Shown piece by piece: positions 41,207-49,481 of a stretch of DNA of 64,000 nucleotides. Source of the DNA: an uncultured Spirochaetota bacterium (GTDB taxonomy: Bacteria; Spirochaetota; B62-G9; CAZFGQ01). Each line of letters starts with the position of its first letter. Within the stretch, counting starts at the first letter, position 1. Made by a program: the position numbers and the translations under genes. The stretch lies in NCBI GenBank assembly GCA_964518675.1, contig CAZFGQ010000003.1:759-64758 (forward strand), given 5' to 3'. Below the pieces are notes generated by a model. That model searched no databases, was not told the DNA's origin, and was given only the letters and a program-made list of their open reading frames with translations.

Positions 41207-41276
41207 AAGATCTGTGCCCCTTCATTGAATTAAAAAGGAGTTAACAAAAAATCTCCGATGAATAACTATTTAATAT

Positions 41277-42071
41277 CTATCGCTTAAGTGCATTCGCTGT
41301 AGCAAGCATAGAGTCAGATGTGATTATTGCCTTTGAATTGATCTCGTATGCCCTCTGGGCAACAATCATATTAACCATTTCTTCCACAACTTGGACATTT
41401 GACATCTCAAGAAAACCCTGGTGTACCTTTCCCATACCATAATATCCAGGTTTCCCGGCAATGGGGGGACCTGAAGCTGCAGTTGGTTTCACAAGGTTCT
41501 GGCCTATATTTTTCAACCCTGCTGGATTAACAAACCTGTAAAGTTGAATCTGTCCGACCTCGATTGGGATATCGCTTCCCGCAACTTTTACTGTAACAAG
41601 TCCATCCTGGCTTATCGATATATCAGTAAAAACAAAACCTTCAGGAAATATTATCTCGGGACTGAGCTTATACCCATTGCTATTAACAATCTGTCCGTTA
41701 GAATCAATCTTAAATGTTCCATCCCTGGTGTATCCGAATGTACCATCATAAAGCTGCACCCTGAAAAAACCCTCACCCTCAATGGCTATATCCAGCTTAT
41801 TTCCTGTATTCTGAAGACTACCCTGTGAGTACATCTTCTGGGTTGCAGCGGGTCTAACACCATGTCCAACCTGTATTCCCGTTGGAACCAGGGTGTCACG
41901 GGTAGCAGGAGTCCCGGCTGAGCGAATCGTCTGGTACAATAGATCCTCAAAATCTGCCCTGCTTTTTTTGTAACCAGCCGTATTTACATTGGCAAGATTA
42001 TGGGCAATTGTATCGATGTTGAATTGCTGCCCGATCATTCCACTTGCGGCCGTCCATAATGATCGCATCAT
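41277..42071 (-). CDS. flgG: Flagellar basal-body distal rod protein
   Basis: MMRSLWTAASGM, IAHNLANVNTAGYKK, QGFLEMSNVQVVEEMVNMIVAQRAYEINSK. Confidence 0.96.
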   Translation of the reverse strand: MMRSLWTAASGMIGQQFNIDTIAHNLANVNTAGYKKSRADFEDLLYQTIRSAGTPATRDTLVPTGIQVGHGVRPAATQKMYSQGSLQNTGNKLDIAIEGEGFFRVQLYDGTFGYTRDGTFKIDSNGQIVNSNGYKLSPEIIFPEGFVFTDISISQDGLVTVKVAGSDIPIEVGQIQLYRFVNPAGLKNIGQNLVKPTAASGPPIAGKPGYYGMGKVHQGFLEMSNVQVVEEMVNMIVAQRAYEINSKAIITSDSMLATANALKR

Positions 42072-42141
42072 CTTCTCTACCCTCGGTGTAAATTAATAAT
42101 TGTTAAAACTGAAAACAGGATCTTGGCCTTCATCGATCCTG

Positions 42142-42987
42142 TTAAACCTTCCCAACTTCATTTATCACCCTTCCCAGCATCTGGTCATGGCTCTGTATTG
42201 CCTTCTGGTTGGCCTCGTAGTTGCGATGAACCTCAATGAGCCTGACCATCTCAACTACAGGATTAACATTGGATGCCTCAATAAACCCCTGCCTCACCTT
42301 GGGCCTTCCCGTCTGGATAACAAAAGGAGTTCCGGAGTATTCGGTCTCCCTGTAGAGACTTTCACCAACCTTTTTTACATATCTAAGCTTCGGAAAATCA
42401 ATGATCTTCAGCCTGTCAACAAGGATCGTCTGATCCCATTCGTTCTCTGAAGGATCCACAAGCCTGTTTGGATCCTGCATATATCTTGCATTTATGAAAA
42501 CATTGCCATCTTCATCAACGATAAAATTATTCTTTTTAATCTGTATCGGACCATTTTCTCCAAGAACTCTGTAACCATCCTTGGTTACAAGATAGCCGTC
42601 TTTATCTACAAGAAAACTTCCATTTCGCGTATATCTCTCTCCATCTGGAGTTTGAACTGCAAAAAATCCTTTACCCTCCAGGGCAAGATCGAACTGGTTA
42701 TCCGTTCTGATAAAAGAACCCTGTGTAAACTGGGTATACACCTCATTAACCTCTACTCCCGTTCCAAGCTTACCAACTATCGGCATGAGGTCATAACTTC
42801 CAATTGGCAAAACCCTCACTCCGTCATCATTTATCCTGTGAATCAGCATCTCAGGAAACGATTTAAAAATTGTCAGATCCCTCTTGTACGATGGAGTATT
42901 GACATTTGCCAGGTTGTTTGATACCACGTCGATCCTTTTCATCTGGACAATCATTCCGCTTGCACCGGTATAGATCCCGCGAACCAT
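42142..42987 (-). CDS. flgF: Flagellar basal-body rod protein FlgF/FlhO
   Basis: MVRGIYTGASGM, VVSNNLANVNT, GERYTRNGSF, QGFIEASNVNPVVEMV. Confidence 0.85.
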   Translation of the reverse strand: MVRGIYTGASGMIVQMKRIDVVSNNLANVNTPSYKRDLTIFKSFPEMLIHRINDDGVRVLPIGSYDLMPIVGKLGTGVEVNEVYTQFTQGSFIRTDNQFDLALEGKGFFAVQTPDGERYTRNGSFLVDKDGYLVTKDGYRVLGENGPIQIKKNNFIVDEDGNVFINARYMQDPNRLVDPSENEWDQTILVDRLKIIDFPKLRYVKKVGESLYRETEYSGTPFVIQTGRPKVRQGFIEASNVNPVVEMVRLIEVHRNYEANQKAIQSHDQMLGRVINEVGKV

Positions 42988-43021
42988 ATTGACTTACCCC
43001 CAGAATAACACTTCATAAACA

Positions 43022-43048
43022 GTATCGACTTTATACAAAAAAATATTA
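43022..43048 (-). promoter_or_regulatory. Possible sigma28 (FliA/SigD) promoter for flgF
   Basis: TAAT-N15-GTCGATAC versus consensus TAAA-N15-GCCGATAA, about 35 nt upstream of the flgF ATG. Confidence 0.4.
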
Positions 43049-43124
43049 GAGTGGATTGGATTACAGGTTGCCTTCACCGATGTGGAGAAAGTATATTGAT
43101 TTAAAACTCTAATTGGGGGACTTG

Positions 43125-43448
43125 ATGGCAGAAATAGTACATACTTCAGATGCAAACTTTCAGACAGATATCTCTGAAGATAATAAACTTGTAATAGTAG
43201 ATATGTGGGCTGAGTGGTGTGGTCCATGCAAGATGATCGAACCCATCCTCGAAGAGGTTGCTAATGAATACTCTGATAAGGTTAAATTGGTTAAGTTAAA
43301 TATAGACCACAACCAGGAGACACCGGTAAAATACGGAGTTATGAATATTCCCACATTGTTGTTTTTTAAAAACGGGAAAGAAGTTGACAGGGTAATTGGA
43401 GCCATACCAAAACGTCAGTTCGTAAAAAAAATAGAAGAGCACCTGTAA
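43125..43448 (+). CDS. trxA: Thioredoxin
   Basis: WAEWCGPCKMI active site. ATG at 43125 after GGGGGA is preferred over the ORF-track start at 43113. Confidence 0.96.
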   Translation: MAEIVHTSDANFQTDISEDNKLVIVDMWAEWCGPCKMIEPILEEVANEYSDKVKLVKLNIDHNQETPVKYGVMNIPTLLFFKNGKEVDRVIGAIPKRQFVKKIEEHL

Positions 43449-43642
43449 ATTATTATCCAACGTTCAATTCCATGTTTTTCCATTTACGTTTTTTCAGTGC
43501 TTCATAACGCAACTTCAAAACTTAATTGAAGAAATGCGGGTAATCCGTCTGTTTTTCAAAATTTTTTTACAAAAATATTCAGGTTTTTTCAAAACACCCG
43601 ATAATATTAGCGGATCTGTTATGGTTAATGATCACCCAGAGG

Positions 43643-43674
43643 AAGGGGCCAGTACTTAACAGTACTGGCCTTTT
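43643..43674 (+). terminator. Intrinsic terminator
   Basis: GGCCAGTACT-TAAC-AGTACTGGCC followed by TTTT. Confidence 0.8.
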
Positions 43675-43730
43675 CGTATTTATTAATCCGTATTTATTAA
43701 TCAATGGTAAAACTTTTATTTGTAATACTT

Positions 43731-45317
43731 TTATTTTCTCCTCTCAACCATATCCTCATAGAACTCTCTGAAACTTATATGAGTATCTTCAAAAACATGT
43801 TCTTTGATCTTAATTCGGTTTTTAATCAGCTCACCAAGGTATAAAAGTTCTTCAGCCATCCCACATCCGGCAACTGCCCTTAAACGACCTCTCCGAAAAT
43901 AGCCTGCAATAAACTCTCCATCCTCCACACTTCCTCTGTACTTGATAGAATCAATTCTGCTTGCGTAACCAAAATATTTAATTGATTTGTCGCATTGATG
44001 TGTCCAGAAAAAAGGTACCTCAGAATATTTTTGTTTCTTCCCAACAATAACACGGGCTACATGAATTCCCTGATTCTGCGCTTCAACCCAGTGCTCAATT
44101 CTCCTCTTCTCTCTGGTAATTGGATCAGGTACTATGGCAATATCTCCAGCTGCATATATGTCATCAATCGGCGTCTCCAGAAATTGATTCACAATAACCC
44201 CATTGTTCTTTGTTATCCCGGTCCCCTCAAGGTAATCAACAGCAGGAATAACTCCCACGGCAGCTATAACTATAGAGGTTGAAATAAGAGTACCATCATC
44301 AAGAAGCACCTCTTTTACTTTCCCAACCCCCCTGATTTCCTGCACCGTCCTGCCAGAATGGTATATTGTCCCACTCTCTTTATGGAGATGCTTGATCCAC
44401 CCACCTATCCTCTCCCCAAATACTTTCCTCAGAGGAACCTCTGACCTGCCAACCAGTTCAACATCCACATCCTTTTCTCTCAAAGAAGATGCAATTTCAA
44501 GCCCAAGAAACCCATCACCGATAATAACAACCCTTTTACTCTTCTCCAGTGCCGAAAGAATAGCACTCGCATCTGACATACTCCTGAACAGGTAAAACCC
44601 TTGAGTATAAACACCGCTGATATCGGGTGTCCTGGGTATAGCACCTGTCGCAAGGACGAGCTTATCATATTCCATCTTTCCACCGCTTGCCAGGATAACT
44701 TTTTTATCCTTAAGATCTATTTCCATTACCTTTTCATTAAATACTATCTCTATCTCATTATCAGAATAGTAGTTTTCCGGGTGAAGGAACATCCACTCCT
44801 GTTTTACTTCCCCGGTTAGAAACTCCTTTGATAGATTAGGTCTGTCGTAGGGATAAGAAGATTCAGCCGTTATTATTCTAATCTTTCCATCATAACCTTC
44901 ATCCCGAAGAGCCTGGGCACATGCTGTCCCGGCACCCCCTGCCCCAATAATAACCACTGTTTCTCTTTTACCTGTAGAAGTAACTTTTCTAGTTTCAGTT
45001 CGTGTTTTCCTCACATATACTTTACCTTCTTCAATTTTTACCTCATATCTGGTAAGATTCTGAAGTGCAGGAGGAGCCGTTACCCTTCCATCCTCAATTT
45101 TGAACCTTGCAGCATGCCAGGGACAAACAACCTCATTACCAACAACAATACCCTCTTTAAGCGGAGCCCCATAGTGTGTGCATTTCGCAAGATTTGCATA
45201 AACCCTATTACCAATTCTAACCAGAAGAATATTCTTTTTACCAAGCTTTACAGCATATGGCCTGTTTTCTTCAAGCTCTGATAGTTCAGCAGCATATTCC
45301 CATTCATCAAAAGCCAT
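43731..45317 (-). CDS. Rieske [2Fe-2S]-FAD-dependent oxidoreductase fusion (AIF-like/ferredoxin reductase family)
   Basis: Rieske CTHYGAPL…CPWH, GAGGAG, YDRPNLSK, IYAAGDIA, RRIEHW, VPFFWT. Confidence 0.88.
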   Translation of the reverse strand: MAFDEWEYAAELSELEENRPYAVKLGKKNILLVRIGNRVYANLAKCTHYGAPLKEGIVVGNEVVCPWHAARFKIEDGRVTAPPALQNLTRYEVKIEEGKVYVRKTRTETRKVTSTGKRETVVIIGAGGAGTACAQALRDEGYDGKIRIITAESSYPYDRPNLSKEFLTGEVKQEWMFLHPENYYSDNEIEIVFNEKVMEIDLKDKKVILASGGKMEYDKLVLATGAIPRTPDISGVYTQGFYLFRSMSDASAILSALEKSKRVVIIGDGFLGLEIASSLREKDVDVELVGRSEVPLRKVFGERIGGWIKHLHKESGTIYHSGRTVQEIRGVGKVKEVLLDDGTLISTSIVIAAVGVIPAVDYLEGTGITKNNGVIVNQFLETPIDDIYAAGDIAIVPDPITREKRRIEHWVEAQNQGIHVARVIVGKKQKYSEVPFFWTHQCDKSIKYFGYASRIDSIKYRGSVEDGEFIAGYFRRGRLRAVAGCGMAEELLYLGELIKNRIKIKEHVFEDTHISFREFYEDMVERRK

Positions 45318-45342
45318 AATTCCTCCTTAAACTTACAATTGA

Positions 45343-45364
45343 TTTTTACATAATTATGTAAAAA
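45343..45364. promoter_or_regulatory. Perfect 22-bp palindrome, candidate operator
   Basis: TTTTTACATAATTATGTAAAAA, about 25 nt upstream of the Rieske-oxidoreductase start codon. Confidence 0.5.
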
Positions 45365-45526
45365 CATTGTTCAAAAGCACTTCCTTAGAAAATTCTGAAT
45401 GCCCTATACAAGAAACTATAATCTCTTTCACATTATAGCGAATTTCAAATTTTTTAAAAAATAGAAATTAAAGAAAAAACATACGTTAAAATGAGTTTAC
45501 CCCAGAGACCATTGAGCAATTCAAAA

Positions 45527-47188
45527 TCAACTTTCTATAACAATGGGGACAATCAGGGGAGGGCTGACAGTTTGCTGGCTGAAAAAAGTTTTCAGTTTCT
45601 TCTTTATCTCATCCCTGAATGTATCCCAGTTTTTATCAACATGTGAAAGGTATGCTTTCATCTCATTAAAAACCATTTCTCTTGCTTTTTCAATAAGCTC
45701 TTCATCCTGATCAGTCCCAATCACCCCCCTGGCAAACACCTCAGGATATAATACGGAGTTCTCTTCAATACTGACTGGCATAACTATAACAAAAATTCCG
45801 GTTTCTGAGAGTCGATTTCGTTCTATAAGAGTTTTCGTTTCAATTTTTCCAATAAAACTCCCGTCTACATATATATTTTTTAACTCTATCCGATCTGTTT
45901 TCTTCACCCCGTCTTCATTGACTGTGATGATATCACCATTTTCCACTATTATAACCCTGTCCTCTGGATATCCCATCTCAGATGCAAGTTTTTTATAAGC
46001 TATGAGATGCTTATACTCACCGTGCAGTGGCAGGAGGTATCGAGGCCTTGTAATGGAAATCATCAGTTTTAGCTCTTCACTTGATCCATGCCCCGAAACA
46101 TGTATATCTTCAGAACCCTCATAATAAACCTCAGCTCCCTGCCTGAAAATTGAATTTATAATATTTGTTACTGTTTTCTCATTTCCAGGGATAATAGATG
46201 CTGAAAGGATCACGGTATCTCCCTTATTGATCTGAAAACCTCTGTACTTCCCGTTTACAATTCTCCATAAAGCACTCATCGGCTCGCCCTGGGTACCTGT
46301 TGTGAGTACCACCACATCTGAGGGCCGGAGATCCCTGCCAATCTCTGGAGACACAATTAGAGAAGGGTTAAAACTCAGGTATCCAAGTCTGGCAGCAATC
46401 TCGATGTTTTTCTCCATACTTCTTCCCAGAACCACCACTTTTTTACCAGCCTCACTGCAAATATCCAGAATGTGCTGGATTCTTACAACATTTGAGGAAA
46501 AAGTCCCAACATATATCCTGCCCTTTGATTTAGATATTACTCTTCTGAAATGATCCAGAAGGTTACTCTCTGAAGGAGTAAAACCCTTTACATCTGCATT
46601 TGTAGAGTCTGAAAGCAGCAGAATAACTCCTTCCTCACCATAACTGGCCAGCTTATAGAAGTCAATAGCATTACCAGCTGAGTCGCCATAGTCAAACTTG
46701 AAATCGGAGGTGTGGACAATCCGGCCAAATCCCGTTTTTAAACATATACCAAGAGAATCCACAACGCTGTGAGAAACACTGAAAAACTCGAACTCCATAC
46801 CGGCTATTGAAAGCTTATCTCTGGGTTTTATCTCAATAAGCTTCGTGCTATCAGAAAGTCCGAACTCCTCAATACGACTTCCTGCAAATCCGAGAGTAAG
46901 TTTTGACCCATAAACGGGGGCACTGACCTCGCGGAGAAGATACGGTAATGCACCAATATGATCCTCATGGGCATGGGTGAGAATAATCCCCTCAACTTTT
47001 TCCCTATTTTCAACAAGATAACTGAAATCAGGAAGCACCAGATCAATTCCCGGATGTTCTTCCTCTGGAAAAGAAATGCCTGCATCAATTACAACAAATC
47101 TGTTATCGTTTTCAAATACAAACATATTCCTACCAATCTCTCCAAAACCTCCAAGAGGCACTATCCTGATACTATCTTTGATCTCCAT
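45527..47188 (-). CDS. rnj: Ribonuclease J
   Basis: PLGGFGEIGRNM, LTHAHEDHIGA, GTQGEPMSAL, IPGNE, HVSGHG. Confidence 0.95.
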   Translation of the reverse strand: MEIKDSIRIVPLGGFGEIGRNMFVFENDNRFVVIDAGISFPEEEHPGIDLVLPDFSYLVENREKVEGIILTHAHEDHIGALPYLLREVSAPVYGSKLTLGFAGSRIEEFGLSDSTKLIEIKPRDKLSIAGMEFEFFSVSHSVVDSLGICLKTGFGRIVHTSDFKFDYGDSAGNAIDFYKLASYGEEGVILLLSDSTNADVKGFTPSESNLLDHFRRVISKSKGRIYVGTFSSNVVRIQHILDICSEAGKKVVVLGRSMEKNIEIAARLGYLSFNPSLIVSPEIGRDLRPSDVVVLTTGTQGEPMSALWRIVNGKYRGFQINKGDTVILSASIIPGNEKTVTNIINSIFRQGAEVYYEGSEDIHVSGHGSSEELKLMISITRPRYLLPLHGEYKHLIAYKKLASEMGYPEDRVIIVENGDIITVNEDGVKKTDRIELKNIYVDGSFIGKIETKTLIERNRLSETGIFVIVMPVSIEENSVLYPEVFARGVIGTDQDEELIEKAREMVFNEMKAYLSHVDKNWDTFRDEIKKKLKTFFSQQTVSPPLIVPIVIES

Positions 47189-47234
47189 CCTTCAGCTCCA
47201 ATTATTGATTATGAATTATTTTTTTCAGGAGAAC

Positions 47235-47678
47235 CTATATGCCCGTATGTCCAAACCCGCCCTCACTCCTATTAGTCTCATTAAGTTCTTCGGCCATTTC
47301 CACTTCCTCAATCTCCGCATGAACAACCCTGGTTATTACAAGCTGGGCAATTCTCATTCCCTTTTTAACCTTAAAGGGTTCCCCGCCATGGTTTATCATA
47401 ATTACCTTAATCTCTCCTCTATAATCTGAATCAACCGTTCCTGGGGAGTTTAGGAGAGTAACCCCGTACTTATAAGCAAGTCCACTTCTAGGTCTAATCT
47501 GCGCCTCATAACCAGTGGGAATCTCTATCTTTATACCTGTCGGTATTAATGCATATCCTCCTGGTTGAATTATAACATCTGTATCTATCGAAGCAAATAG
47601 ATCCATCCCACTGGAATGCTCGGTCATGTATCGCGGTAGAGGCAGGGTCTTATTTATTCTGTATATCTTCAACCTCAT
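47235..47678 (-). CDS. dut: dUTP diphosphatase
   Basis: [40 protein letters not shown]. Confidence 0.96.
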   Translation of the reverse strand: MRLKIYRINKTLPLPRYMTEHSSGMDLFASIDTDVIIQPGGYALIPTGIKIEIPTGYEAQIRPRSGLAYKYGVTLLNSPGTVDSDYRGEIKVIMINHGGEPFKVKKGMRIAQLVITRVVHAEIEEVEMAEELNETNRSEGGFGHTGI

Positions 47679-47782
47679 AAATTACCATCCAGATTTATTA
47701 GGTTACTATTTTAATAATAAATATTGAGTACTTTGAAAAAAATATCTGCTAAAAACACCGTTAAAAAAAGTCCCTTCAAATC

Positions 47783-49054
47783 TCAATTTATAAAAAACCC
47801 TTCTCCTGCAAATATCTTTCCATGCCCCTTTGGACCTATACTTGCCACAACAAACCCCTTCTTTAGGATCGATTCCGCAAGTGACCTTACATCCTCAAGC
47901 TCAACTTCTTCTATTTTTTTAAGAGTCTCCTCATATGGTATGAGTCTTCCAAAGATAAGCTCCTGATAAGCCATTCTGGCCATTCTCCACTCGTTGCTCT
48001 CCTTTGCCAGGATATAATTACCTCTGAACTTCATTCTTGCACGCTCAAGCTCCTCTTCCCTTACACCATTCACAATAATATCACCCATCTCTTCTTTCAA
48101 AGCTTCAAGAAGAGACGAAAGATTTTTCCTAGATGTTGTAAAGCTTATAGAAAACTCACCGGTATCAGAAAATCCTGTATTTGAGGTTGAAATGGAATAA
48201 CAAAGACCCATCTTCTCCCTTATTTTCTGAAAAAATCTTGAACTGAAGCTGGCACCAAGGATAAGATTAAGAAGATACAGGGCATATCTCCTTTCGTCAT
48301 TTGATGGGACAGATTCTGTGCCAAGGATACAATAAATCTGTTCAATATCTCTGTTAACAACCGATACCGAGGGATGGAAAGAAGGCCTTTCCCGATTTTT
48401 CTTCTTTATATTCCTGGATTTAGATTTCAAGTGCAAATCAAAATACCTCTCGACCGAGTTCAGTATACTCTCCTTATTTATTCCACCTGCTATCGATAGA
48501 ATAACTTTTCCACTTGGGAAATATTGCTCATAGAATTTCCTTACCCTGTCAATTTTCGCATTGGAAACAGTTTTTCTGGTACCTACAACCGGATTCCCCA
48601 GAGGATTATCACCCCACATTGTTCTGGAAAATAATTCATAAACAAAATCGTCTGGATTATCCTCTATCATTTCAATTTCATCGAGGATCACACTTCTTTC
48701 CTTTTCAAAATCCTCAACATTAAAATTGGGGCTGAAGAAAATATCCGATAGAATATCAAGTCCCGTCGTATGTGTTTCTGAAGAAACATTTACATAAAAA
48801 TATGTTTGTTCCTTATCGGTTACACCATTTATCTCACCCCCCGCAGTATCAATCTCAAGCGCTATATCATAATGGGACCTTCTATCAGTGCCTTTAAATA
48901 GCATATGTTCAACAAAATGACAGTAACCCATCTGATCTTTACCTTCATCCCTTGACCCCACATCTGCCCAGAGTCCAATGGAAAGGGTCTCACTTCCCGG
49001 CACCTCGTCGAAAAGGAGAATAAAAGATTTATCAATCTCCATGCGTTCTGGCAT
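47783..49054 (-). CDS. M16 family (pitrilysin-like) peptidase
   Basis: VGSRDE…HFVEHMLFKGT inverted zincin HxxEH motif; SRFFQKIREKMGLCYSI. Confidence 0.92.
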   Translation of the reverse strand: MPERMEIDKSFILLFDEVPGSETLSIGLWADVGSRDEGKDQMGYCHFVEHMLFKGTDRRSHYDIALEIDTAGGEINGVTDKEQTYFYVNVSSETHTTGLDILSDIFFSPNFNVEDFEKERSVILDEIEMIEDNPDDFVYELFSRTMWGDNPLGNPVVGTRKTVSNAKIDRVRKFYEQYFPSGKVILSIAGGINKESILNSVERYFDLHLKSKSRNIKKKNRERPSFHPSVSVVNRDIEQIYCILGTESVPSNDERRYALYLLNLILGASFSSRFFQKIREKMGLCYSISTSNTGFSDTGEFSISFTTSRKNLSSLLEALKEEMGDIIVNGVREEELERARMKFRGNYILAKESNEWRMARMAYQELIFGRLIPYEETLKKIEEVELEDVRSLAESILKKGFVVASIGPKGHGKIFAGEGFFIN

Positions 49055-49481
49055 TTTTCAGCTCTCCATCACCTCTCTCGCTATTGAGAATATATATCCT
49101 TAAAACCTAATTTTAAGCCAAATTTCAATTTCTAAAATTCTAAAAATCATACAGTAAATATATATCTGTAATTATGATGTTCAAAATGGGGATAACTTTT
49201 AGTTTTTCCTTACTGTTCACATATGCAACAATGATAAATTATGAAATTAATGGAATAACCCATAGTTGAAATTGTGAACGATTATGTGGGTAAGAGTAAT
49301 AGAGAAGATTATATTAATCAACATTATTTTTACATTACACTCGTTCAGGGTAAATTGTTATATTAAAACAGCTATCCTCTCAGGATAAATTCCTGAATAT
49401 AGTGCTATTTTTCAACAAAACTTTTTAATACTCAGACGTCTTTAATACTCAGGATTTTAAAATCTTTTTAAGATCTGATAA

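Noticed and set aside
41230-41262. TCCGATGA sigma28-like -10 on the plus strand between flgJ and flgG
   Set aside because: No -35 element at correct spacing, and the orientation is antisense.
49424-49452. 12-bp direct repeat TTTAATACTCAG x2 upstream of acnA
   Set aside because: Only two short copies; could be a regulator site or a local duplication, with no further support.
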